From: Octopus bimaculoides
Lineage: Eukaryota
Reading direction: 5' to 3'
Assembly (NCBI RefSeq): GCF_001194135.2
Contig: NC_068988.1
Span: 34,715,109-34,779,108, forward strand
Length of the DNA stretch: 64,000 bases
Below, one piece after another: positions 26,146 to 39,469 of the stretch. The position numbers and the translations under genes are program-made. The notes beneath the pieces were generated by a model, which was not told the DNA's origin, searched no databases, and saw only the letters and a list, made by a program, of their open reading frames with translations. Position 1 is the first letter of the stretch; each line of letters starts with the position of its first letter.

Positions 26146-26679
26146 GAATATGTATCTGTATTTATGTATTATGTGTATTGATCTTTGGTTCCGTTTCTGT
26201 ATTTGTGTGGATGTGTGCCTTTTTGTATAAATTTTTGTGTCTGCTTCTGTACATGCGATATTGGTAGTGTGAGTGTGTATGCGAGTGTGTGTATATCATT
26301 GTGAGATGTTTGCTTAAAGTTCTATGTATGTATATGACTGTATACCTTCTTTCATGGATTTTTGTGTATGACTTTCGCTGCTGATTCTGTTAATGTTGTG
26401 GTGTGTGTGTGTATTGATGTTTGGTTATGATTGTCTATGTGTGTGTTTGTGTGTTGTTGTATGCTTTTTTGTAATTTTTTGTGTATAGTTTTATGTATGC
26501 GATATTAATATTGTATGTATGCGTTAGTGAGTCAGTATATGTTAATGTGTCATTATCTGCACAAACGTGTGTTTGTGTGCAGTTAGGATTGGTTGTTATT
26601 AGCAAACAGGTATGTAAATATTATGCATATTCATGCATATGCTTTTAGTATATAAAATGTGTATGTGGGGATATATATA

Positions 26680-26714
<35 letters not shown>

Positions 26715-26758
26715 GTTGACTTATGCAAGTAAATGTGTAGAATATGTATGTTGTTTAA

Positions 26759-26926
26759 TCCTTTAGCATTCAGATTGCTGTGTCAGATGTAATGCTTATT
26801 TATTCTCATTGTTTTGAATTAATCATGCATTATTTCATAGCTTTGGAGGGGTTGGATCCAGCCAGTTTGATCATAAAATAAGATAAAATATTAGGGCCAG
26901 ATATGACCAGTTTAAATGCTAAAAGG
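26759..26926. mobile_element. piggyBac-type MITE (same family as 24493-24713)
   Basis: ttaa|tcctttagcatt ... aaatgctaaaagg|tgaa. Confidence 0.65.
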
Positions 26927-28698
26927 TGAACTGAAGGGTGTCCCTTATAAAGCAACCTATGTGGATGTTGAATCAAAGGTTAACTCTGATTGAGCACAGC
27001 TATGTCATTTTTTGACCCTAGGTTAGCATTGGTGGAGTAGACCTATCTCTTTCTTTAAAACCATGGTTAGTACTGATTCAACAGACCTGTGTCTTTGTTT
27101 AACCTGTTTAAGTGGATGTATCTGTTTGTACAATCCAAGATTATCCCTTATTCATCAGACCTATTATCATAGTTTATCCCAATGTTAGGCCTCTTTTTCT
27201 AATTCACCAAAGCTATGTCCTTGTTTAATTGAAGGTTAATCCTGATTCTTCAGCTGCAAGCATGGCTGCATAGGTAAGAAGTGCTGCGCCTTGGACAAGT
27301 ATTTTTATTACAGCCCTGGATCAATCAATGCTTTGTGAATAATTTTAGAAGACGGAAATCTGAAGAAAGAAATTATACAAAGCCTGTTGTGCATGTATAA
27401 AACCTGTTATATGTATGTATGTGTGTCTGTCTCTGTATATGTATGTGGGTGTTCATGCATAAGGCTTTGTTTACATTTTTCACATCTCCAAAAATCACTG
27501 ACCTACATATATGTTGTGTTGATGTCATAGCCCAAGTCAATAAATCATTCACTAGCTCAGTGCTTTTGAAGATATGTTAAATTAGAGACCCCTTGTGTGA
27601 GAAAGCACGTGAGGGTTAGTGATAGGAAGGACATCCAGCTATGAAACATTATCTCATAATATATTCATATAACCCATGCTAGCATATAAGAAATAAGTGT
27701 AAATGAAATATATGTTGGTGGATTAGCAGAACCAGTAGAATGTGATCCAAAATAACTCATTGATTTAGTTACATCCTTTTACATTGAGTTCCAATCCTGC
27801 TGCTCAGTCTCACTATGTGAGGTTAATATGTACCAGTCAGCTGCTACAGAGATCAGATAATCTACTAAAACATCTTAAGGTGATGTCCCACTTTAGCCAC
27901 AATCCAGTGGCTAAAATAAATTAGTGAATTAAAGTATACATGTGGCATATAGACACAGGTGTGACTGTGTGTTAAGAAGTTTGCTTCCTAACCATATGGT
28001 TTTGGGCTCAGTCCCATTGTGTGTCACCTTGGGCATATATCTTCTACTCTTGCCCCAGGCTGACAAAAGCTTTGTGGATGGAATCTGAAAATAAGTCTGG
28101 CATCATAGCTGTGAGTGAGTGTCCCTAACATTAAAGTGGTATCCTCCATTTCTAATTTTCTGTTGTAACATAAACAACATAATTAGCCATGGATAAATAT
28201 TACCTTACCTGGCCACAGGTGGTAGTTAGTGATAAGATGGGGACCACAACTGATTTCATCTGACCCATGTTAGAACGGAAAAGTTGACTTTAAAACAATG
28301 GTGATGCATATAAATTCCTGTTGATTCAATGAGCAGTGATAAATTACAAAATTCAGTTTGTGAATGTAACATGTTCTTTAATATATTTTAACTGAAAGGT
28401 TTGTAATTCCAACACTCCAACTCCATATTTCCAATCATTCAGATAGTAGTCTGAATTTGTTTTTCCCTTGAAATATCTGTCGTATCAATATATTTTGAAA
28501 TATCATATGAAAGTTATGAAGAAAATGCCTATCTTTACATTTCTTTAAAAAAAAAAAAAAAAAAAAAAACCTTGCAAGTGACATTTGCAAAAATGTCTGT
28601 TTGAAGCTCACATTTTTCATTTAATTTCTGACTTGTGGGAATACTCCAAGCTTCTCAAACTTCATACAAGTTCTCTCTCTCTCTCTCTCTCTCTCCCT

Positions 28699-28774
<76 letters not shown>

Positions 28775-29589
28775 TGTTTGATGTGTGTGTATATATATAG
28801 ACACACGCATGCACATATGTATATGTGTGTGGATGGGTATATATATATATATATATGTCTACATACACATATGTATATGTGTGTGTTCATTTATAAATGT
28901 ATAAGTATTTGTATATATAGTGGAAGAACTGGTTAAGTTGCCAATGACATGACAGTGCAACAGATCGTGTGAGATGACATGTTACCAGGCTGTCAGTGTT
29001 AAGGGTTGCTAGAAACCCAACAGGATTAAAACAATGCATATCAAATGGACAGAGGAGTTAAACATATGGTCAGTTGATGTAAAACCCATGGATTGTCAGT
29101 CCAGTTGTTCTATCTGAAAAAGCGTGTGCATTTCTATACACTATTCACTCTCTATAATCAATTTTATTCACAGGAATGTTTTGGAAAACACACAATGGAT
29201 CTTTCACACAGTCCGGTAGTGATGGGGAGTAGAGGAAGTATGTAATTTCAAAACCTGCATGTAGGTAGCTAGGAAATCTGGGGATCTTATCTTTGAAACT
29301 ATGGTAATGGCAAGATTTGGCAGCACTTCAAGTACTTGAGCCATCTTTTTCAGAGATAATAGTTCTTACCTGTTAATCAGGAAAGACCTCATACAGGTGC
29401 TCTAAACAAAGCTTCCCATATTTTGGAACTGGCCATCTATCCCACAGCTAGCAATTGTGTTCTCTTTGTGGGCTTCCATGATAGCATCTGAGAAATTTAC
29501 AATTTTCCAAGAAGTGGATATATAGGGACTTCAGTTGACTTTCACTATATATGTATTGACATGTATATGTATATATGTGNNNNNNNNNN

Positions 29590-29633
<44 letters not shown>

Positions 29634-30774
29634 CGTATTTATATAAATGTAAGTATATGCATATGCGGGTATGTGTGTGCCTGTATATATGTATATGTAT
29701 GCTTATATTACACAGATGTATGTATATGTATGTGTGTATGTATCTATATATACAATATAGACATATGTTTTGATGTGTGTGTGTAATGTTGTCTGTATGT
29801 ATATATGAATGTACAATATATATGTGCATGTATATATACACTTATACTTACATACAAATGTATATATGCTCATATATATATATATTTATATATATACACA
29901 TGTATTTATAATTGTATATATATATATGTATGTACAAAAATCTGTTTCTTCTTTAATAACAGGAATAGGAAAACATTATTCATAGCTGGATCTTGCATAA
30001 CCTGCCATCAGGCATGACAAATGTGATAATGTTTATATGTATGGGTTGTCTGCGTGTGTGTGTATACACATGTATATGCATGTTGTTGCATTGCTGTGTA
30101 TCGGAATGTGAATGCGTTTGCATCAGTTCACAGTTTCTCTGTCCATCTCTCTTTCTCTCTCTCTCTCTCATGCATGCATGTGTCAGGAACTGATGCTGTG
30201 TCAAAATAAGATGCAGCATGACATCTGTCAAATGAAAGGAAAGTATTATCTCACTTTGATGTCCGATTTAACTTTCTTCTTTGCCACCACTGAGCTGTCA
30301 GCTGCATACCCCCCCTCTCTCTCTCTCTCTCTCTCCCTCCATCTCTTCCTTCACCAATCCACTTCACCTTGTTAGTGCACTAATACTACCTTTCTCTCTC
30401 TTTCACTTTTTTTTCTTTTTCTAGCACACTTATATTCTTTCTGTTTCTTCAGAAATTGATGCTTTGTCTTCTTATTCTTCTTTTTCTTTTATCTTCTTCC
30501 TCCTGTTTTTCTTTATTTCTCTCTTTCTCCCATCTCTCACTCCTGTTTCCCTCCCCCTCTCTAATTGTATGTCTGTGTGTGTGTCACTCTTTCTCTGCAT
30601 GACCCTTTAAAATTTTCCTCCTTCTTTCATTTTCTTCCTTTTCTACTCCTTCACTTTTCCCTCTCCTATCCACTTCCTCTATGTTTCAGTCTCCCATTCT
30701 CTAACCTTCACTCTCTCTATCTCAACTTCTCTCTCTCTCTCAATCTCTAGCCTTCACTGTGTCTTTCTTTATAT

Positions 30775-30997
30775 ACATCTACATCTCCCTCTCTCTCTAC
30801 ATCTCCCTCTCTCTCTACATCTCCCTCTCTCTCTACATCTCCCTCTCTCTCTACATCTCCCTCTCTCTCTACATCTCCCTCTCTCTCTACATCTCCCTCT
30901 CTCTCTACATCTCCCTCTCTCTCTACATCTCCCTCTCTCTCTATATCTCCCTCTCTCTCTACATCTCCCTCTCTCTCTACATCTCCCTCTCTCTCTC
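30775..30997. repeat. 18-bp minisatellite (ACATCTCCCTCTCTCTCT) x about 12
   Basis: Visible tandem array; it explains the YISLSL and RERGRC repeat ORFs. Confidence 0.95.
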
Positions 30998-31090
30998 AAC
31001 CTCTTTTTATCTCTTCTCTGCTCTCAGCATCTCCCACTTTCCTTTTGGTTTAGCTCTCTCAACATCTCAGTCTCTCTAATTCTCACTCAC

Positions 31091-31434
31091 TTTTCTGTTG
31101 TTCTCACTTCTCTTTCATGTATTGTTCTTTTGGTAGTTGTTGTAAATAATGTGATTGCCTCTCCATCTGCTGTTGGTGCAGTGTTGATAGACAGATGAGG
31201 ATGTTGGTGTTGGTGTTGGTGATGGTGGCAGTGATGGCGTCTTGCTGTTACAGTAATAGTTATAATAGTTGCTGTTGTGAGTGATAAATATGTCTTTGGT
31301 ACTGGTTCTCTTGGTATGGCATGGTGTTGGCGGCAGTAATGGTGTTGAATGACTATTGATACTCTTTTTATTGTTGATGCTGTTGTTGCTCTTTGTTGAT
31401 GTTGTTGTTGTTGTTGTTGTTCATTGTTGTTCAT
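31091..31434 (-). other. candidate first coding exon (poly-Q/His low-complexity ORF ending at a splice donor)
   Basis: ATG at 31434, open for 344 nt to GAAAA|gtgagt at 31090. Mostly decayed trinucleotide repeat. Confidence 0.25.
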
Positions 31435-31551
31435 ATTACCTCATTCAAGGATTGACCTTTATCGCTTTCAAGAGATGTCTTCAGAACTTCTTTGCCAGTT
31501 GCATGAGAGCATGTCTATGTCTGTGTGTGTGTGTGTGTGTTTGTGTTTGTA

Positions 31552-31621
<70 letters not shown>

Positions 31622-33399
31622 TGTGTGTGCGCTCGTTGGGTGGTGGTGGTGGTTGTGGCAATGGAAGGAAAAGGTGGAAGAGGAGAATTTATTAAGGGTG
31701 GAAATTTGCTTTCATTGGTGGCATGAAATTGTAAGTTGTGATTTATGGATATCTTCATATAATGAAAAGTTAGAGTGGGAGGAGACTTTTTCTAGGTGGT
31801 GGTGGTATTCTAAACGATGTGTGTGAGGAGATTGGTGATGGTAGTAGTGGAGCACATTATAAGGAATGGTGGTATTTAAAAGATGAATGGGCAGTATGAA
31901 ATGTATATTCCAAGGTGTGGGTGAGGCATGATATAGGGCCATTTAGAGATGGGGAAGATGAAGCTAGGAGATTGTTGTTGTCTTATATCTTATTGAACCA
32001 TTTGAATAGCTTAAATAATTTGTTTTACCTATGCACCCCCCCCCCCCNNNNNNNNNNNNCCCTACACATAAGATGTAGAGAGAAGGAGAGAAAAGGAGAG
32101 AGAAAGAAAAACTGGTTAATTGAAGGCATTAGAGATAGACATAATTTTTGAAAGAGAAGGAATAAGGCACAAATCAGGACTTTGAAATTATTGTTATCAT
32201 TATTCATGATATTGATAATAATGTAGCTGAGTTATTGCTAATTGTAGATGGTGTTGATACTATCATTGATGGTATTTCCATTAACATTGATGTCTATGAT
32301 GTTGATGGCATTCTTCAATAACAATGCTGCAGTGTCGATGTTAGTGAGAATTGTTGACTTCGATATTAGCATTGTTTTTTTGTTTTTTTTTCTGACATTA
32401 TTGACATTGTGGTTGACATCATTATCTATGTTGTTGATAACACTGTTAATTCTGTCATTGATGTTGCTGTTATCCATTGATATTTACATCATTGTTCTTG
32501 ATATCATGATATCAGTAATATTGCTGTTTAGGCCCTAGTGGATCTTGATTAAAGGTATTCCAACGTGGACTACTTCTAGAAGGAGCTTTTTGTCTTCTAA
32601 TACCAAAGATCATTTCTGTTATTAAACTTTGTTGGTAATCAAAAGCAGAATTTAAGGTTAATGTTGCTACTGTCTCTACAACAGTTGCAGTTGTTGCTAC
32701 TGCTGCATCCCAAATGAGCAGGCAGTAGCACTTTTAACTATAGTTTTCTCACCATCTTTTAAGACATATGCTGTTGGATTGGATAACAATATGTGAAAGA
32801 CAACAAGGTGATTTTTGTGGAGATGAGATACATCAAGCTGAACAAAATCAAGGAACAAAATAAATTGCTCCTGGATTTGTTGTTTAGATCCATCCCAGAT
32901 GAGTCTTCTTCAAGCAGACCTGTGGATGAAAGGCATTTTAGCCAGGGCCATCCTGTCTCTTTAGAGGCGTCTAGTAATATAATATATGTAGTCTTTCCTT
33001 TTACAATAAAGTAGAATTTGATTTGAGAAAGATTTGGTTGCTATTTCAGATATCCACACAGAAGCTTCCCTAGTGGCTTTATTTTCTAATGTTTGTGTTT
33101 AATGATGGTAGAGGAAAAGCAAAGTAAGATTGTTAATTTAGATTCCACTGTTACAAAAGATAGTATGGACAAGTATGTATGTGTTTCTTTATACTGATAT
33201 ACATATGTATGCATTTGTGTATTTATACACACTATACTGCACACAACATGCTTATTTAAATTCTTCAGAAAGGTAAACTGCTATAGATACGTGTTTTTGG
33301 AAGGAATGGTGTTGATATTTACTCAAATAAACACACCCTATATATGTAGTGTGTATTTATGCATGTTTGTAGGGGCATGTGTATATGTATGTATATATG

Positions 33400-33460
<61 letters not shown>

Positions 33461-33606
33461 TTGTAGTAGTTTTCCTGCTGAATTCTTTTAAGTTTTTAGT
33501 GCCAGCAAAGAATGTATGTAAGGGGCTATTTCCTGTTTATGATTTTTATCAAAATATTTCTCATCTGTCTGTAGATATATATAAAGACAAATATGCATGC
33601 GTTCAT

Positions 33607-33653
<47 letters not shown>

Positions 33654-35104
33654 CACACACACACACGTACACATATACCTGTCTAGAGGCTGAGATTCAT
33701 ATCTATGGATTCATGTGTATACACACACACATACACACACTATCTCTCTCTCTCTCTCTCTCTTGAATGTTGGCTCTATCTCCACCAATCATCCTTTTCA
33801 TTTATGCTATCATTCCTTTGCTAAATATTTTGTTAGTTGGAAGAAACAGGTAGACATATTGACACATTTTTAGGCATTTTCATTGATGTGTATGTGTGTG
33901 AATGTGTGTCCCTGTATTAAAATAAGAGGGGAAAATACTTTAGTAGATAATATAGAGTTAATAGTAATAATTAAAACCTGATATTTTGCATTGTTGTTTC
34001 TCCATACTGAGCCATAAGCTCATAAAGCCAGCTTCTCAAATTTTATGACATATATAGGATTAGATATTTTTGTCAGCTGAGTGGGTTGGAACAACATGAA
34101 ATGAAGTGTTTTGCTCAAGAACACAATACATCACCTGGTTTAGAAATTGAAACTACAATTATGAGTATTACACCCGAACCACTAAGTCACTACATATAAA
34201 GACAAACTAACCATGTGTTTGAGTTTTTTTTTTCCTAGCATTGCAAGTGTGTGTTGCATTATTTTGTTATATTTTGGTCATGAGATACACATATACACAT
34301 GTGATGGCTTTACTAAATTCTTTGTCTTACCAAGTTTACTGGCCCTTGACTGCAGTAGAAATCACTGTTGTTGCACAGTGGACTTGAACCCAAAGCCACA
34401 TGGTTGTGAAAAGTTGTGTGTCTGAAAAAGAGAGTGATGGTAGTTTCATTCTGGTGTGAATTGCTGTTAAATGAAAAGAGTACCTAGTATTGTTAGGCAG
34501 AATGACTTCAGCACACATAGCTTATCACTCAATTATTCATAAATCATAGGATGAAAATTTTGCCTGGATAGAACATTTGCTGCAACACTGTTCTGTGTTT
34601 GAAATACTTTGAGAGTTCAGTTTAACTTTTAGTTCTATCTTGGCAAATATTTCAATTGAATAAGTACCTGAAATGTAATAAGACGAATTTGAAACACTAT
34701 GTGTGTGTGTGTGAGAGACAGAGAGACAGAGAGACACAGAGAGAGACTTATGAACAGAAACTTAGTGTTTCATTCTTGTCAGATATGTGGTCTTGTTCAA
34801 ACATTGAAAACCAATATAATTTGAAATTATGATACCTATATCATCCCTATACATAAAAACTTTATAACTGTTTTGTTGGAAGACATGGTTGAGGAAATTC
34901 AACGAAGGATAACTTCCACTACAGAAATATATGTTTATTTGCATTGTATATAAGTGTGTGTGTGTGTATGTACACTCAATAAGTTCATGTACATATAATT
35001 ATGAACACTGTATCATATGTACACTTGTCCAGACAAGCGTAACAGTACAAAGGTTTTAGGTACAGATTTATTTTAATCAATGTTCACAAAGGAATAATTT
35101 TTAA

Positions 35105-35297
35105 CCCTTTTTGTTTTAACCATAATTCTGTTGAAATACACTGTCTTTATTTCAATTTTGTTTTGAAAATAATGTAGAATTTAGTAAAAGAAAATTTTGT
35201 CATTATTAAGATGGTGTTTCAGACATACCTTAACATGAAATCTTGATGGAAGGGTTTAAAACCATGGTCACTCTCAGCTGGTTTGGTATCAAAAAAT
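35105..35297. mobile_element. second piggyBac-type MITE family, decayed
   Basis: TTAA|cccttt start. The core gaatttagtaaaa...cattattaag.tggtgttt...aacatgaaat.ttgatggaag is shared with 48645-48887, 49860-50050 (reverse) and partly 22650-22830. Confidence 0.6.
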
Positions 35298-36863
35298 GTT
35301 GGAGTAAAGCATGAATTATTGACTGTTTCTCTCTTCACTTGGCATTGATGATGCTGAACCTCAGGTTAACTCTGATGAATAATGTTCATGGTTATACATT
35401 CCAACCCTAACTGCCTGCCCCTTAGTATATTAGGAACTACTTTCATTCAGTGTGTTCTTTACTTTGGACTACAGGATGTTTAATTTGAGGGTGATTTGTC
35501 TAATATTATCTATTTCTAGTTTGCTAACAACTGTGTAGATGTTCCCACATTGGGTTTTTAGTCGACCAGTTGTTTTCCTTCATGTACTGTTCTCCATTGT
35601 CATTTGGTCAAAGAGCCATAGTAATCTTGTGTTACATAGTGCACTGTCACAGATATAACGTTTAGTTTTTGCATGTGGATATGTACTAAAATTTCCAAGC
35701 CACAGAAAGATCCCTTAATCTTTGAGACCAAGTTAAGCACTAGGCATTTAGTTTTGCTTTTGTGGTATAAAACAGTTAAGTAATGAATTTTATTTCTATG
35801 ATGGGATGCCAGACTTTTGTAGTTGATATTTGTAAACAATCTTATGATGGCTGTATAGCACCTGTTCCCAACATCTGTGTGCACTTAGATGCCTTAACCC
35901 AAGTCTACTGCAAGTATTTGCTCCAAGTCTCCATCTGAGGATCTGAAGGTTATTGTTCCAATCTAGTTTTGGAGACCTCACACAAGAAGGGTATTGGTAC
36001 CAATTTGCTGCATATAAGTAACCATACTACACATGTATAGCATGACCATATTCATATGCACACATACATGCATGCATAAACATAAAATCATACATACTCT
36101 TGTACATGAATATAGATATGTGTGAACACAAACACCAATGCTCGAGTACATGAAAAGTGTTGCTTTGAGATCTCACTGTGCTTAAGATTTATGTATCAAG
36201 GTGGTGAGGTGATTGTAGATATAACCAGAATGAAACACAAATATCTATTAAACTGATTGTAAATAACCAGTTCTGGGAATTATAAGAATTAAACTGCTTC
36301 TCTGATAAATAAAAGTAGCATGATGCATTCTTTATAGTCTCAACAGCTTATCTATCTATCTGTTTGTTTGTTTATCCTTTTAGTTATATTATCATCATTT
36401 TAGCATTCACTTGTCCATGTTTGCATAGCTTAAACAGAAATTGTTGAGGCAGAAGTTTTTTTTATGGGCAAAACCCATTCACCACAGCAGAATTGATACC
36501 AGTACTAGTGCCACATTAAAAGCATCCAGCACTCTCTATGGAGTGATAGGCTTTAGGAAAGGTATCAAGCTGTAGAAACCATGCCAGAACAGCCAATGGA
36601 GCCCAGTGCAACCCCTGGCCTTACCAGCTCCAGTCAAACTGTCTAGCCCCATACCAGCATGGAAAACAGATGTTAAACTGATGATGATGATGATGCCCTT
36701 CCTGTTACCAGCCTTGTCTTCTTTCCAATATGAGGTAATATTTCACTCTGATTTTACCATGAGCAGACATGTTTCCATGGAAGATTAAAAGAATGACACC
36801 ACTTGCATGACATTCAATGTTAAGATGAGGAGGCATACACAGACACAAAATTATATATATATA

Positions 36864-36935
36864 CTAGCAGAGGTACCAAGCCTTGCTTGGGATTAAAATC
36901 GCATAGTTATTTTATTGTTTTACTGGTTTCATGCA
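36864..36935 (-). mobile_element. Helitron-type 3' terminus
   Basis: Minus strand ...aatcCCAAGCaagGCTTGGtacctctgCTAG|T: perfect 6-bp hairpin, 8-nt spacer, CTAG, then T of the AT target. Confidence 0.75.
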
Positions 36936-37037
36936 GCCATAAAATAAAAGAATGAATTATGAAAAAAATGATATAATGAGGCGGAATGGTCACTTGGCCC
37001 CCGACGTCGAGTGGTTACATTGATACTGTTTTGTCGT

Positions 37038-37697
37038 TCAATGCCTTAAATCTAGCAGTTCAATTCCATAGTCCTCTTTCAGTTTTGTATAATTAGTCCT
37101 TTTCGGCAACTTGTCTCTATAGCCGATGACTTTCCACCAATCAATGCCTTTATCATTCTTTTTTACTATTCCCCATTGTTCTTTGTTTACCAAATAACAC
37201 ATCATAGTCTCACCATCATCATCATCCACGAATTCTACTTCCGCCATGTCCTTCCACTCGTTCAATCGTTTTACTATGTCATCCCCCGCGTTCTCATACA
37301 GAACGCAAGCAAAACAAACAGGGGGAGGGGAAATCTTATTTTTATCGTGTGTGTTTGTATTTTTTTCCAGTTTTCTTGTTGGAGGGGATTGGGTAGGTTT
37401 GGTGTCTGTATGGGGAGGGTGAGGTGAAAAGGGAGCGGATGGGCCTTGGGTGGGTTGGGGTTCACAATTACTTACTTTCTTTCTTTTTCTTTTTTTCCTC
37501 CTCACGGCTCTTTCCCATTCCTTATCTTCTGCAGTTTCTTTTTCCACTTCTTGTCTCCTCTCTTGTGGTGGTGGCTGTCGCTCCTCTACTATTTTGGGTG
37601 GTGTAGGGCAGTTCGCTCTTATGTGTCCCTTCAGGCCACATTTGAAGTAACATGGAACTCTTCCTTCCACCCTAACAGTCATAGTTATTTCGTCCAT
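37038..37697 (-). CDS. gag/LINE ORF1-like zinc-knuckle protein (219 aa; frame extends to about 37855 through one stop)
   Basis: VEGRVPCYFKCGLKGHIRANCP (CCHC variant), basic RRKKRKRKK patch, Pro-rich linker, and an unassigned C-terminal domain. Visibly more GC-rich than the flanks. Upstream frame reads SWVADAVLCGNEDNIVVLQAKKKDCVNWRGQQLEMIVQGSKETVE*ITESIT. Confidence 0.75.
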   Translation of the reverse strand: MDEITMTVRVEGRVPCYFKCGLKGHIRANCPTPPKIVEERQPPPQERRQEVEKETAEDKEWERAVRRKKRKRKKVSNCEPQPTQGPSAPFSPHPPHTDTKPTQSPPTRKLEKNTNTHDKNKISPPPVCFACVLYENAGDDIVKRLNEWKDMAEVEFVDDDDGETMMCYLVNKEQWGIVKKNDKGIDWWKVIGYRDKLPKRTNYTKLKEDYGIELLDLRH

Positions 37698-38469
37698 GGT
37701 TATAGACTCTGTAATCTATTCTACTGTTTCTTTTGACCCTTGGACTATCATCTCCAGTTGCTGACCTCTCCAGTTAACGCAGTCTTTTTTCTTGGCCTGG
37801 AGCACTACTATGTTGTCCTCATTACCACAGAGGACTGCATCTGCTACCCAGGACATGAACATGCACACACACACACACACTCACACGCACATACACACTC
37901 ATACGTACATACACATGCACAGACAAATGCATGCACACTCATAAACACACATACACTCACAAACATACACACACACTATATTTATATGTTTATATGGGCA
38001 GTGTGTGTCCATATAACTCATCTAATCTATTAAATCCAGACTGTTACTTCTCCATGGTATCTGACTGGATACCAGTGAAGCTGTGTAGACACAAAGTGGA
38101 AATACAAGTATTGGCTAAGTTTGTCAAATAGCATGTGGCATCACCATTATCATCATCATCATCTTAGGGTTTGGTTAATCCTTGACTCTTGACAGTTTCT
38201 TTGAAAATGGTGGAAGAGATTTATGCTACTGAACTCTATAACAGCAAAATAATCAAAAAGCAAACGAAACAACAAAGCCCACATGTGAACATACATACAC
38301 ACCATACACACACATACAATAGACATACACCAGTCCTATTGGGGTTACTTTAAAATTATCAACTATGATGATGATAATGATGATGAAGAAGATATCAGTG
38401 TTATTTCTGTTTGAGGTGGTTTGTTTGCACAAGGGTCTCCTTTCTAGATTCTCAACAATCTCACCTCAC

Positions 38470-38508
38470 CAGACTCGTTTTATTGTGTCAACATTGACAA
38501 CTATAGAC
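38470..38508 (-). other. candidate 39-nt symmetric (phase 2-2) exon
   Basis: ttttctaatttttgttttgcag|GTCTATAGTTGTCAATGTTGACACAATAAAACGAGTCTG|gtgagg. Only one frame is open (SIVVNVDTIKRV). Confidence 0.35.
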
Positions 38509-39469
38509 CTGCAAAACAAAAATTAGAAAAGCACTTGCTTACTAATGCTGGAGTGTGGCTTACACATGTTCTCACTTCTGTTGCTTTTCTCTCTCTCTCT
38601 CTCTCTCTCTCCCTCTTTGTATTTCACTTCACATTCTTCTTCCCTTTCTTTTCTCCCTTTCTTTCTGCTTTTTTCTCTAGTGTCTGCTTTCTTTGTCATT
38701 CTTCATCTCTGTTTATCTTTTCCTTTCTCTCTCTTTTTCTATCCTTCCATCTCCCCCTCTCTCTCTACACACACACACAGAATTCCAGGTTCAGTCTTAC
38801 TGCGTTGCATTTTAAGCAAGTGATCTTCTATAGTCTTGGGCCAACCCAAAGCCTTATGAGTAGATTTGGTTGACAAACACTGAAAGAAGCTTGTCATACA
38901 TTCATCTGTGTGTTTGTGTGTGTCTTTTGTCCACCACTTGACAACTGGTATTGGTTTGTTTATGACCCTGTAACTTAGTGTTTCAACCAAAGACACCAAT
39001 AAAATAAATATTCTACTTTAAAATAAAGTACTGGGGTCAATTTGTTGAACTAAAACACTCCAAGGCAGTGCTGCAGCATGGTTCCAGTCAAGTAACTAAA
39101 AGAAGTAAAAGATAAAAGATATGTATTTATGTAGGGGAAAAAAAAAACATTTTTGGTAGTGTACTTTATTTTATTTCATTTCCTTAGAAAATTTGAAGAC
39201 ATGCTATACATCTCAGTAAATAAACTAAGAAACAGCTCCTCCATTTCTTCCGAATAACCTTATTATCATTACCTGTATATATTTATTTAACATCCATAAA
39301 AGAAGATAAATCTGTGAGAGGAGATGATTCTGACATTTTAGGCAGGATGTTTCTTTGAAAATACCATATCATGACATCACCGACTTCTAAATTTTTGTTC
39401 ACATTTTCTTTTACATTTTTCAACTTTGCTGCTACAGAGCACCATTAGTTTACTTTGTGAGAGATCTGC

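Noticed and set aside
32238-32538. Asn/Ile-rich and Leu-rich ORFs on opposite strands
   Set aside because: Products of decayed trinucleotide repeats; the same applies to the many HTHT, CVCV, ERER, YIYI and N-run ORFs in the track.
34762-34944. YRDD motif reminiscent of a PLE reverse transcriptase active site
   Set aside because: No other RT motifs at the expected spacing.
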